Assembly: GCF_963676685.1 (NCBI RefSeq)
Contig: NC_092344.1
Location: 44,206,001 to 44,270,000 of the forward strand
Length of the DNA: 64,000 nt
Source of the DNA: Mytilus edulis
Taxonomy: Eukaryota
Direction: 5' to 3'
Below the pieces are notes generated by a model. It was not told the DNA's origin. It searched no databases and worked only from the letters and a program-made list of their open reading frames with translations. Within the stretch, counting starts at the first letter, position 1. Every line of letters begins with the position of its first letter. This document shows, one piece after another, positions 36,100 through 48,460 of this stretch. The position numbers were made by a program, and so were the translations under genes.

Positions 36100-36364
36100 C
36101 TGTAGTAAATAAATTAAATGTACATTTGTACGTTTAAAGATAACAATTTTCAAACCAGTCAGAAAGAAATTGAGATGATTCACTTTCACTCTCTTATCTG
36201 GGACAACATCCCTAATGCGCCTCGAAATGAGGAACTCAAAAGTCACGTGTAAAGAAAAAATCTCTGTGTAGTGATATTGGACATGTTTCTATTTTTAACA
36301 AATGACTGAACTTAATTATTTGTGGTGATTAGGAAAGTAGAGGAACATAGAATAAATGTGTAAT

Positions 36365-37151
36365 AAACAGCTGCGCCATGAGCGCATGATACGCCCGTCG
36401 TCTTGTGAAAAAACATAAATCTTTTTTGAATAACACAGGGTTGTACAGGATGTCATGCTTAGTATATCCTGACTCATTCCTTATTCCCGCTCAATAGGAA
36501 GATTGTACAAGATGTATTTGGAAACCCGACGCAACATTAGCCTGTTAAGTTTTAAGCAATAGAGATACAGCGCAACATGTGAAAAAAAACCTCTTTTTTT
36601 ACAAAAAACTCAATAACTCGAAAATATAAAAATGAATCATCACCAAAAAGTATACAGATCTTTAGATTAATATAACAAAGAAGTGTGTAAAGTTTTAAGC
36701 AATAATCATAAATCGTTTTTGAGATATGGTGCGACATGTAAACCCCCCCCCCCCTTTTTTTTTTTTTTACAAAATACTCAATAACTCAAAAATGAAATTT
36801 TGAATCATCACCAAAAAGTATACAGATATTAAGATTAATATAACTAAGAAGCATTTAAAGTTTTAAGCCATAATCAAGAATCGTTTTTGAGATACGGTGC
36901 GACATGTGAAAAAAACACACCCCTGTTTTAGTTACAAAGTGCCATAACTCAAAAAGTTGTAATCTTATTTTCACAAAAAAGTATACAGATCATTTGACCA
37001 TCATAAGAAACAACTATGTTAAGTTTCATGAAATTTGGATAAGTCGTTCTCAAGTTACGGTGCGACATGTTTACACCGGACAGACGGACGGACGGACACT
37101 GGACATTTGTATACCATAATACGTCCCGTCAAAATTGACGGACGTATAAAA
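36365..37151 (-). mobile_element. HINE-type element
   Basis: GCTGCGCCATGAGCGCATGATACGCCCGTC end; internal repeats; (GGAC)n and ATACGTCCCGTC...GACGGACGTAT hairpin. Confidence 0.75.
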
Positions 37152-37413
37152 ACTATGGAGCTATTGAAAGTGTTCAAAGTATTAAATTTTCAAAGAACTT
37201 ATTGTGTCCAAAAGGGGATATTTTACCACAAGGAGCCGCATCACAAAAGGATGTTCGGGGTTTGCTAATTTACGGAAAAAGTAATCTCACTTCACATTCA
37301 CATTCACTTTACCGGATATTTGTTTTCTACTTTCAGGTTTTTGTACCCCTGAACAGTTCTGTTAGTTGCTTGTCACTTTGAGTATTCGTTATACTATAAC
37401 CATATCAAGTATT

Positions 37414-37836
37414 TATTTTCTAAACTTACTGTACTGAGTTTTTTTTCTACACTTACTGTACTGAGTTTTTTTCTACACTTACTGTACCGAGTTATTTTCT
37501 ACACTTACTGTACTGAGTTTTTTTTCTACACTTACTGTACTGAGTTTTTTTCTACACTTACTGTACCGAGTTATTTTCTACACTTACTGTACTGAGTTTT
37601 TTTTCTACACTTACTGTACCGAGTTATTTTCTACACTTACTGTACCGAGTTATTTTCTACACTTACTGTACCGAGTTATTTTCTACACTTACTGTACCGA
37701 GTTATTTTCTACACTTACTGTACTGAGTTTTTTTCTACACTTACTGTTCTGAGTTTTTTTCTACACTTACTGTTCTGAGTTTTTTTCTACACTTACTGTT
37801 CTGAGTTTTTTTCTACACTTACTGTACTGAGTTTTT
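37414..37836 (-). repeat. 16 copies of a 26/27-bp minisatellite made of the SFMBT exon end plus 5' splice site
   Basis: Minus-strand unit AACTCAGTACA|GTAAGTGTAGAAAAA; the first copy is the real donor (37822). Confidence 0.95.
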
Positions 37837-37998
37837 GTAAGTTGTGAGCATTTTTCCGGACATTCTCCATTTATAAATGTTTGACTGATTAAATTTGGAC
37901 AGCATTCCAACTTCGTACATATATTCCTACAGAACTCTGGTAATTTGTCTGCATGCTGAATAATCTCTACAACTGCCCTGTAACTCTTTCCTTTGTAC
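37823..37998 (-). CDS. SFMBT1: SFMBT exon (SLED C-half)
   Basis: YKGKSYRAVVEI...FCRNICTKLECCPNL...CPEKCSQLTKTQY; phase 2-1. Confidence 0.92.
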
Positions 37999-38326
37999 CT
38001 GTAGTCAATCATCAAAGTCAAGTTAGTGGAACATACATTGGCATACATTTTAAATTGGGATTTTAGTTTTTGTTATTTTAAACCCTTGTTGTTTTCTCTC
38101 TTCCAACTTATAAATATATCATATGAAAATTCAATCATTTCAAATGTTAATGATATCCTGATTTTGTCAACATTGAGCTGATTCTGCTGTCTTATGATTT
38201 TGACAATAAAATGTACAAAAAAAAACATGCAGCATCATCTGAGTGGTTTTTCATGACAGAAAGAAATATTTTATGTACCATTATATGATTTTCTTTAATA
38301 GTCAAAATAGTATTATTTTTCATATG

Positions 38327-39526
38327 CAGGGCTCACACTACTTCAGAATTATAGGGAGAAGTGACTTCTCTTTTTGAAACTGATAGGGAGAAGTGGTGAG
38401 ATTTGAAAGAGAAGTGCTCATTCGCGCGGTGCGATACAATGTTTGGATTTTACAATAGTATAAATTAGGGCCATATGTAAATAATGTTCTTTTTATATTG
38501 TTCAATTCATATCTGAGTAAAAAAATTACAATTAAAGTAACATTTGAAATTAAAAGTTGTTTAAGTTTTACTAAGGTTCTTGTGAGAAACTACCAACTAA
38601 ATATCTAGCACTAACAAAAAAAAAATTATTTTAAAAAATGTAAAGAAATTATAATATATCAATAACAATTTAATTAAAAATTATATTGTGTATGATATTC
38701 AGTGTTTCTCATAAAAAAAATATAAAAGTTATTAAGCTGGGCCAGAATATATTAATATTAGTATAATAGTCTCAGAGTTAAGCAACTTTAATCAATAGTT
38801 TGAAACAATCCATAAAAAATATAGGGAATTATATACACCAATCAATTAGATGTTACAAAAAGTCTCTTAATGCGTGTGGAATGCGTAATTTTTCCCTTTG
38901 GGATCAATATTCTTCTGTCAGCTGTTCCATCCGTGCGTCCATAGTAATTATTGTAAAAGTACTGATTTCGGTCATAGCTGGTCCGGTTCAGATCCGGAGT
39001 TTAGAAATCGGTCAATGGCGGACGAATGCAAGAAAATTTACAAAAATAAACGATGTTTGACAAGTTATTTGGAAAGGAACATGACGTTTTTAATGCAATA
39101 AATGGATTAAAAATTTACTGGAGGCAACTTTTATCACGTTTAAATGAAGTAACAAACTTATGTTGCCGCATAATTTGAGGTTGATGTACGTTTTCGAGTA
39201 ACAAGCACCGGAACTTGCAGAAAATGCACGAAGTGATAAAAAGTTGTATTTTTATCAAATAACCTGCTACACACTACGAAGACAATGCTTCAACCTCTTT
39301 TCTAAAGATAATGAATCGTTTATGTCTGAATTTCTTTAATTATCAATAAAAAAATTGATGTTTCATCAACTTGGTAAAAATTGAAAATGTCCGATGACGG
39401 AAGCGACTGAAAGCGACTATCGTCAAGAACAGGGCGAATTGTTTTCGCTTTTGGGGGTCGGGGAAAGCGAAGTGATGGTCGGGAAGGCGACTTCTTCGCC
39501 CAAGTCGCCTGGTAGCGTGAGCCCTG
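38327..39526. mobile_element. 1.2-kb non-autonomous DNA transposon (hAT-like CAGGG ends)
   Basis: TIRs CAGGGCTCACACTAC / GTAGCGTGAGCCCTG; no clean target duplication; no ORF. Confidence 0.7.
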
Positions 39527-39897
39527 AATTATAAAATATCAACTTCATGAAACATTGTTCAAATCACAAACTTGAACTAAAACTTCTTCTGATTATATTT
39601 CACACTTACATAAAAAAAAATGGCTATTTCGACCAATGTTAGATTAAATTAAGAAATACTGACAAACCATCTTCAAAAAAAGTTATTTTGTTTGATCCTT
39701 TGATCTAAATTGTTTGATTTGGTATTTTTACATACAGGACAAAACATATTTCGTATTTTATTTCGTTCTTGTACAGGAAAAATTTGTAAGCCATTTCCAC
39801 ATTGACCTTTGTTTTTATTTGTCTATACTTTTCAACCTACCGTAAACTCGGAATTATTAAAAGGTTTTTAATTAATATATAAGACTTAAAGACTCAC

Positions 39898-40135
39898 TTT
39901 GCTTTTAATATTTGTTGGTACATATCAGAATTAGGTTTGCCCTCCAGCTGAAGTTCTTTGAGCACCCTGCATGGTTTATAGGCCACATTTATCAGCATGG
40001 ATAAAACCTCTTTCATCACAAGAAAAATTGGGCCTGGACCAACACATTTTGGTAAAGAGGCTATTCGACTCTTACTCAGATGAGGACCAGAGAAGCAATG
40101 ATGGTTGTAATACACTTTATTAACCCATTCTCCAC
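39898..40135 (-). CDS. SFMBT1: SFMBT exon (SLED N-half)
   Basis: VYYNHHCFSGPHLSKSRIASLPKCVGPG...EVLSMLINVAYKPCRVLKELQL; phase 1-2. Confidence 0.92.
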
Positions 40136-40723
40136 CTGAAATAGCATGTAACAAGTGTAAAGTAAATAGTTCAAAAGACTTAGATGGTTTAACTGCACAA
40201 AATGTTTCTTCAAAAACACACAAAAAAATATAATGCAAATTTGAATATACATGTATACACAAATTTAACATTTGAAACATATAATTAATTCAATAGATAA
40301 ACCATGTTTCATGGATGGGATGTAAATAACTTACTTCTAACAGTATTATTTAATCACACCCAGTATGAAAATACAAAAACTAATAGCTCAAGTCTGTAAC
40401 TGGAGACGAAAATGTCAAAATCTGACTTAACAAATTTTTTGAACAGCCAATTGACAAGTGAAGGGACCACTGAAAATCTTAATTGTTTGACCCAAAATAT
40501 TTGGATAAAAAATCTTTTTATCATATTTGTGTATCCATTAACCACACATATTATATTCAATTACATTTACTTCTAATAATGACAACAGAAACAAACAGTC
40601 TGTTTGCAGAACTACTTAAGACTAAAATTGTTAACCTGAATAAATTGAATAACTCAACATTGAAAAAAAAACCATCTTAACTTTTTCGGATCTAATACAG
40701 ATATAGCACGTCAAAATCCATAC

Positions 40724-40764
40724 CTTGTTTTGAATGGAATACTTCATTTGTTGAATCAGTAACC
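40724..40764 (-). CDS. SFMBT1: SFMBT 41-bp micro-exon
   Basis: CAG|...|GTATG; VTDSTNEVFHSKQ; phase 2-1 is exactly what is needed to join the flanking exons in frame. Confidence 0.8.
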
Positions 40765-41005
40765 CTGTCAAACAGAAAGAAATAATAATGTACAGTTGCA
40801 ATGTTTTTATTATTTTGATGTACAATTCATTAAACTACAGTGAGGAAAAACCAGTTGACAACCAAATCTTTCACTCATTAGAGAATTGCTTTCTGAAGTT
40901 TTGTTATGTAAAAGTATTTTCTGCATATTTCAAGTGTTCAGTTAAAAGTGCTGTCCATATTTTTGGGGTGAAAAAATACTGTCATGCTTCAATACTAGCA
41001 TGACT

Positions 41006-41826
41006 AACAAGTGAAACTGCGAGCTACTGCTCACTGATGATACCCCCGCCGCAAGTGGATAATATTAATAGTGTAAAAATATGCAAGTGTTCAGTAAACA
41101 GGAAGTTGTCAAGTGATGAATCTGAAAACGCATCACACGGTATAGCTGACTTATATAAATCCTGAAACCAAATTTCAGAAATCCTTGTATTGTAGTTCCT
41201 GAGAAAAATGTGACGAAAATTTTCAACTTGGCTATCATGTGTAAAATCATACAAGTGTTCGGTAAACAGGAAGTTGTCAAGTGATGAATCTGAAAACGCA
41301 TCACACAGTATAGCTGACTTATATAAATCCTGAAACCAAATTTCAGAAATCCTTGTATTGTAGTTGCTGAGAAAAATGTGACGAAAATTTTCAACTTGGC
41401 TATCATGTGTAAAATCATACAAGTGTTCGGTAAACAGGAAGTTGTCAAGTGATGAATCTGAAAACGCATCACACGGTATGGCTAACATATATAAATGTTG
41501 ATACCAAATTACAGAAAGGGTGGATGTGTAGTTCCTGAGAAAAATGTGACGAAAATTTTCAACTTGGCTATCATGTGTAAAATCAAACAAGTGTTCGGTA
41601 AACAGGAAGTTGTCAAGTGATGAATCTGAAAACGCATCACACGGTATGGCTAACATATATAAATGTTGAAACCAAATTACAGAAAGGGTGGATGTGTAGT
41701 TCCCGAGAAAAATGTGACGAAAGTTTCATGGGACGGACTGACTGACGGACGGACTGATGGACGGACTGACGGACGGACAGACAGAGGTAAAACAGTATAC
41801 CCCCCTTTTTTAAAGCGGGGGTATAA
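41006..41826 (-). mobile_element. HINE-type element with ~3.8 internal 168-bp tandem repeats
   Basis: Repeat marker at 41089, 41257, 41425, 41593; (GGAC/GACT)n; terminal hairpin partly duplicated at 41828-41854. Confidence 0.82.
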
Positions 41827-42023
41827 TTATACCTTTTTTAAAGCGGAGGTATAATTATCATATTCATCTAATAACAGTATGTAGTAGGCCTCATCAAATA
41901 AGCATAATTAATTGTCTAATTTTATAGCAGCTGATATTATCAATCTAACATAATATCAGCATACTATATCTTTTTCAACTATAGAAAAATACCATAATTG
42001 ACTGTAGAAATAATTTCACTCAC

Positions 42024-42283
42024 TCTGATAGCACAGCAGATTTCTTAACCTTTACTGGAGTTTTCAACTGGTACCCATTACTTTCACACCAACCAACTGG
42101 AAACAAGTTGTGTGATTCAAAATGTTCAATGTGGCTGCTACCATACAAAGGGATGTTGTCGAGATGAATCCACAATAATGGTTCAAAAACCCTTGATATG
42201 GTAGCTACACAGATTTGATTAGGATTTTCTGGATTAACTGCTTCAAATTTCATTCCAGGTTCAATGTCTTGATCAAATTTCCT
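42024..42283 (-). CDS. SFMBT1: SFMBT exon (MBT repeat 4 core)
   Basis: GMKFEAVNPENPNQICVATI...LFPVGWCESNGYQL; phase 0-2. Confidence 0.93.
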
Positions 42284-42659
42284 CTGAAATGCATTGAAAA
42301 AATAAAATGTTTTTTTTTCTTTCAAGAGACAAGATAGAATTTGGTCAACATCTAATGTGACCATATCTTAACCTTGCCAAATTATGAATGTACAAATGTA
42401 TAATGAAATACAGCATGTTATTAATCTTTTTATTTTGAGTTTTAAATCATGATTATGTCCAATTTTCTATTGAAATCACTGTACTGCCGTAACAAAGATA
42501 TAAATGTATCAAATTGCAAGAAAAATGAACAGTAGATGTTATTCTGTATGATGCTTCTGTTTCTCTTTCTTAATCCAACAATGGATAGTTGTCTCATTGG
42601 CAATAATACCACATCTTCTTTTTTTATATAAAGCCTTAAAGAACAAGATTGAATTTTAC

Positions 42660-42742
42660 CTCAGGGAAACATGACTTAGGTGCTGCCTCTGCTTTACAAT
42701 AATCCAAATAGTCCTCCCATGACAGAGTAGATTTTGGCCAAC
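42660..42742 (-). CDS. SFMBT1: SFMBT exon (MBT 4 arm)
   Basis: WPKSTLSWEDYLDYCKAEAAPKSCFPE; phase 1-0. Confidence 0.9.
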
Positions 42743-43183
42743 CTACAAACAGGCCAATTATACTATTATATAAGATTATAAACACAAAACTTATTTGACG
42801 CTAAGGTCATGTTTTATAAAAAAATTCCTTAATCATAAATAGTAATATTCATTAACTGTAGTGTGAGAAATTTCCAATGTCTCTGTTTAGACAGACTTAG
42901 AATTCAGGCTTTAGTCTTTGCCTTTTTTTATTTAGGGGTATCTTGCAATAAATTTATTCTCATGGTAGAGTTTTATGGTATTTCATATTTATGCTTGCAT
43001 GAAATGGAGTGCTGTCCCAAATGTATTAAACTCCATACTGTCAGTCTTTCAAAGATAACAATGAACTTCACATTAGATAATGATGAATTTATCGTCTTAT
43101 AAACAAATATAATTAAATGTTCTGCACACAATAAATATGCATAGCTTTTTGAAAATGTAACCATAAATGTAAATGAACCTTAC

Positions 43184-43439
43184 CATTAGGTGGAGTTACA
43201 TTAATGCCTTTTGACCGACACCACTTAGTAGGAAATATACACTTAGATCCAGAATAACATGAGAATCTAATCCTACACATTTCTTCTGTATTTGCCAAGT
43301 CATCAATTTCAACAACAAAATAACGTGAATTTAAAACATAAAGTACAGTTGCAGGACATATCTGTGTTTTATTTATAGGATTGAGAGCTTCAAGCTTCCA
43401 ACCTATCTCAAAATTATGCTCGATCACTTCCTCTTGGTC
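43184..43439 (-). CDS. SFMBT1: SFMBT exon (MBT repeat 3 core)
   Basis: HNFEIGWKLEALNP...ICPATV...IFPTKWCRSKGINVTPP; phase 0-1. Confidence 0.93.
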
Positions 43440-44102
43440 CTACAAAGAAAGCAAAAAAGTATTTAAAAGACAGTTTTTGGTATACTTATTTTTTTTTTTG
43501 GTATACTTGTTCAAATAAATTTGAAGTACTTCATCTGTCATAAATATAAATAAGCTTGTTAGTTTTCTCAATTTAATTGTTTCATAATTTTCATGTCAGG
43601 CCTCTTAAAGCAGACTGTAGCATGGGGTTTTCTCATTGTTGAAGGCTGTATGGTTGCCTATATATGCTTTCAATGGCAATCATACCAAATCTCCTTAATT
43701 TAGTTATGAGAACAAAATTTTGAACAGAGAAACCATACTAGTATTTATTTTAACTTTCCAGTGATTTGGTGAACAGTCGATGGGAAAAATAAAAGTTAAA
43801 ATAGGAAGCACTACTTTAATATTTATTTTGAAATCTGAAAAATTGTACTGCACTCGTGAAACAGATAACAAAAAAAGTATGGCTGAATGCCCCATAATAA
43901 AAAATAATGTAAAATTTGATGGCTTAAATATTTCAATTTCATAACATAAAAAAACAACTTAACAATTTCTGGACAGTAGTAAACTGAGCTTTTCTTCATA
44001 TTACCACTGTGTAAGACCCTAAACCAAAGTCAAGGTATTTAAACACACATATAGAAGTAATTTCACTTCATATTTTGTAAAGAAACAAGTAAATATATTC
44101 AC

Positions 44103-44200
44103 CTTAAAAATGGCAAGTGGTAAAACAAATTTCTCTGCATCTTTCAAAGCTGTCTTCAATACTTCTGGCCAATCTGTCTCACTATCTTCACTTATCAACT
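44103..44200 (-). CDS. SFMBT1: SFMBT exon (MBT 3 arm)
   Basis: LISEDSETDWPEVLKTALKDAEKFVLPLAIFK; phase 1-0. Confidence 0.85.
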
Positions 44201-44544
44201 CTAAAAGTAAAGATGAAATATTGCTAACATTGTTCATGTCACTAGGTCAAATTAAAAACAAAATATCTGTTTTATCTTCACCAAAAAAAATAGTTGGCTT
44301 ACTGGACAAAAAAAATCTGTTTTTTTTTTTAAATTGCTTGCATCATGAAGATTGATTTAAAAAGCATAGAATACTACATTCATCTGAACATTTTAAGCAA
44401 GTTTATTGTTTCAATATTTTTCAATTACATTGCAAAATTAATTACACTAACAAATATGAACTCAACAAAGATGATGTACCCTCCACACACATGACTATAG
44501 TTCAGTCAATAATTGATTAAGTAAACAGTGATTTGGAATAACTA

Positions 44545-44748
44545 CTGTAATTTCAGAAATTATTGCGTGCATTTATTATTATGATTTTGCTATTTTAGAC
44601 TTGAATGCAATTTTTACTTTTGCGATATTGAGATAAATCCTGTTTAATTCATATACAAAATTTCAAAATGCGAGTTTAAATTATAGCAATTTTAACCGTC
44701 GCATTTTTCTAAATAATAAAAACATCGCAATTATTTCTGAATTCACAG
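44545..44748. mobile_element. MITE, inverted copy of 32935-33139
   Basis: Same TIRs, TA on both sides. Confidence 0.8.
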
Positions 44749-44996
44749 TAACAAAAATGGTTCCCCTGAAACAAAATTAATTCCACAATTTCAGTTTTGG
44801 TTAAGTGGTATGATGCAGTACTTCACTTGTATGAATTAAAGAAAGACATGTGTATATATCAAACTCTGTTTACTATTATGACTGGAGACGTTATGCATAC
44901 AAAAGGGAAGTAATCATATGACATTATAATAAGTTATGTTACCAACACAAACAATATGCAAGTGTCTCTGTATTGCGGCTAATTCTCAATACAAAC

Positions 44997-45237
44997 CTTT
45001 TGGGGGTAGATATTTGAATCCATGAGCTTTAGCCCATCCAATAGGATGCAGTCTATGGTTTAAGTAGAATAGCCAGAAATCGTGGGTTGCAGTTTCTACA
45101 CCTTCAAACCTCAGATACAGACGGCCACCAACATTCTCCAGAATCTTGACTACCCAAACTTCTAATGGATTGATTGGATGCTGAAGTTCCAATCTCATGC
45201 CTTGTTTGAGCTGATCGATTGGAGTTATTCCTGTATT
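44997..45237 (-). CDS. SFMBT1: SFMBT exon (MBT repeat 2 core)
   Basis: GMRLELQH...ENVGGRLYLRFEG...FWLFYLNHRLHPIGW; phase 0-1. Confidence 0.93.
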
Positions 45238-45625
45238 CTGTAATATATACATTAATATAATATCATACACTGCTGTTGTAATTTCTGGATGTTTATTATT
45301 AAAAAAAGTCAATTTTTTGTTATGCATTTTTCACAGACTGCAAAAAAAAGATATAGATATATGTAATTTAATGCTTTTCTCACAGACAATAGGGACTTTC
45401 TGTTTCATTTTCCTTTCGATGATCTATCAATATCTCTTCATAAAATCAAATGCATAACCAAATGACTTTCAGAACTTCAACTTTAGAATCAACATTCTGC
45501 ATCAAATTTTGGCTCCTTCTGCAGATTAGTTTTAGTGTATTACTGTCACAATCCAAGAAGGTTAAACTTTTTTATTGGTAACTACGAATGGATAGTCTGA
45601 CTGCCATGTATAATCTTTTTCTCAC

Positions 45626-45714
45626 CTTGTCCAAAAGATAAGAAGGGGCTGTACGGGCACCAGTTAATGACCGCACAAGAAAATCTCTCCAATCATCAAA
45701 CTTGTCTTTAATTG
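45626..45714 (-). CDS. SFMBT1: SFMBT exon (MBT 2 arm)
   Basis: [29 protein letters not shown]; phase 1-0. Confidence 0.9.
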
Positions 45715-46154
45715 CTGAAAAACATATTTAATATTGGTCAGAGTTATTCATCATTTCCTCAAATCAAATAATTATGCAAATATTATCTTCATCTCACATT
45801 TATTTTACAAACATTTGAAGAATTATATAATAAGCTCCTTGAATATGTATTTAAGTTGAAGTTTTCAATGGACCAATTGATGTATGTATGTGTATGGGGC
45901 AGATACCATGCATTCAATTTTTCTTCCTTTATATAATAAATGAGATTGTGATTGTTTAATCTAAAAAACAAGTAAAATATGAAGGGCGCTTGAGACTCTT
46001 CAATAGTCAAAAGGGGGCATTTTACAATGCTCTTTATCGATGATTGCCTAGTCTTGTGAATGAATTTAACAAGGTGACAACTGAACAACTTACTGCACAA
46101 CATTCCTTACGAGAGTAATTGATAAATAATAGCATTGTAATTTTTACACTTTAC

Positions 46155-46395
46155 CTTCTGGTGGTTGTAAAATTTGGTTATTCTGAGCACACCATCCTAT
46201 TGGATGAATTTCTGAGGTCATTAGGTCACACCAAAAATCAGCAGAGTTGTCATCTTCATAACCATCAAATCGTAATCGAAGCAATGGTCCACATGTCATA
46301 AGTACTGAGGCAACCCAATATGTATCTGTATTGCATTTGTTTGGCACTTCTAATTTCATTCCTTTAACAAATCCACTCTCTAGACTGTACTCAAC
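46155..46395 (-). CDS. SFMBT1: SFMBT exon (MBT repeat 1 core)
   Basis: GMKLEV...YWVASV..TCGPLLRLRFDGYEDDNSADFWCD....IHPIGWC; phase 0-1. Confidence 0.94.
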
Positions 46396-47126
46396 CTAAA
46401 AAATAAGCAAAAATGAAATCTACATTTTTTTTTCACATAATCATTATATTTATTCATGTATATCATTTTGGACTCATTTCCACAGAATTTATTCTAGTTG
46501 TGAGTTATACAATTACTCTTATGTTACTAATTTAAATAATGATATGGTTGATGAAAATGGTGCTTGGTAGAAGCCTCTGGTAGTCTTAAAAGTGTCTTTG
46601 TAATTCTTAAAATTTGTTGCGGTCATGGAAACATGATCATTTGAGTGAGGCAGGTGTTTTGATACACAGCATTGCCAAACTCAAATTTTGAATTTAAAAT
46701 TAGTATTTGCTGTTTCTTCCCTCAGAATGCACTATTTCAGAGAAATAGAAAACACTTGTGATTTTGGAGTCAAAATAATGCATTTGAGTAGGCCTAGGGT
46801 GACATTGAAACCTTAAAAATCTGACTACACATGTCTGTCTATTGTATTATGGTACCATACTGACACAATCAGATATGCTAGAAATATTTAAAGTATGCCA
46901 TGAAACAGCCATCAAACAATCAGTCTTTGAAATTCTCCCAGCTTAATTTGTATTAAGACATGTACACTGTAACAAATTTAAAACTCTTATTGTTTAGTGT
47001 AGATAATATCTATTTGTAGATGGTATTTTGAAAGTGACAAACATTTTTTTTATCTATCTATTTTTGCCATCAAGGGATGTCCCATTAATTATTTGTTACA
47101 AGCTTAAGACAGTCATTTCTTCTTAC

Positions 47127-47224
47127 ATGTTTAAATGCAGTTGGAGGAATAGAAACTGAATTTGTCTCCTCTAAATGTTTTTCCCATATAAATTCTTCTT
47201 CATCTTTATCAACAATTTCTGCAC
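47127..47224 (-). CDS. SFMBT1: SFMBT exon (MBT 1 arm)
   Basis: EEFIWEKHLEETNSVSIPPTAFKH; phase 1-0. Confidence 0.9.
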
Positions 47225-47742
47225 CTGAAAATGACAAGAAATTTGGCCTTATTATCATAAAAAACAAAATAAAAATTTGATTGCAACAAAAAGATAACAT
47301 TCTATTTTCTAGTAGTTGTATATAGATAAAAATTAATCCCTCATAATTTAGAATGAGGTTTTTCCTGTTTAATATCTTTATTGCAGTCATATGACACAGT
47401 CACTGTGAGTTACGTGAAACAATACTAATATCAGTGACAAATTTTCACATCTTTAAAATGATCTTATGACAAGTACCTAAATTTAAAAACAATACTTTTT
47501 TTAAGTGACAAACTTTCTCTCTTGATATCATGGATATTGAATTTGTTATAAACCAATTGCATGAATAGCAAATTGTTTTCAAGAAATACATATATATATT
47601 TAAGCTGTCACTACTGCCTCTTTTACTTTTGGTGTGATGAAGTTCTAAATAGTTCTAAAATTTCATGTGGTAAAAGCAGGATGTGGCTTTTGCCTGTTTA
47701 GATACATGTAATCAATAAACAAGTCGCAATAAATATCATTAA

Positions 47743-48043
47743 GGCAGCAACCATTTGATTTTCTGGGGGGGGGCTATGGTTTTTTTTTTCTGGACAAATT
47801 TTTTTTCCCGCCTATGGCGAAAAACAATCTATTTTTTTCGCGACAAGTCGAAAACAATTTATTTCTTTCAATTTTAGCATTACATATAGTGGCAGCTGAG
47901 GGTTAAACAAACAATTTTTTTTTCTCAGAATCAAAAACAAATTATTTTTTTCTCCAAAAACTGGAAACAAACTTTTTTTCCAAAAAAAACCCATAGCCCC
48001 CCCCCCCCCCCCCCCCCCCCCAGAAAATCAAATGGTTGCTGCC
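47743..48043. mobile_element. MITE with long TIRs (Kolobok-like, TTAA site)
   Basis: GGCAGCAACCATTTGATTTTCTG(G)nCTATGG / CCATAG(C)nAGAAAATCAAATGGTTGCTGCC; TTAA on the left, TTAT on the right. Confidence 0.8.
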
Positions 48044-48460
48044 TTATAACATTAATTTAAAATGTAATTTAGAGAAAAGGAATATAAATGTACAGTATAG
48101 AATTAAACTTTTGAAGCAATTTCATGATAAACACATATAGCTTTAGTAAATATAGTACATTTTGAAAAAGAAGGTTATAAACAGATTTGAAGATGCAATC
48201 CTGGCATGTATATGGGAAAAAAATAACATATAATTTGAGAATGCTTGAAAATTGTGAAAAAAAAACTAACCTTTTTTGGTTAACAAGTCTCCCCTAATCT
48301 TACTGACTCTGTCCCTTTAAAACCATATGTATAATAATTTAATATCAAAGAAGAACGAAGAGGGAAGATTCAGGATTTTAAGGTAAAAAGGGTTCTTTTT
48401 TAGCTGTTTAATCAATGAAGCTACAAAGAAATATGCATTTCTTACTCTAAGTATGTATAC

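Noticed and set aside
37414-37836. CRISPR-like short repeats
   Set aside because: Repeats are contiguous with no unique spacers, lie in a eukaryotic intron, and derive from the splice junction.
41024-41656. 210-aa and 135-aa ORFs with 56-aa repeats
   Set aside because: Translation of the 168-bp internal repeats of a non-autonomous element in an intron.
48271-48314. Possible extra SFMBT micro-exon
   Set aside because: Weak AAG acceptor and phase incompatible with the upstream coding exon; the gene is in frame without it.
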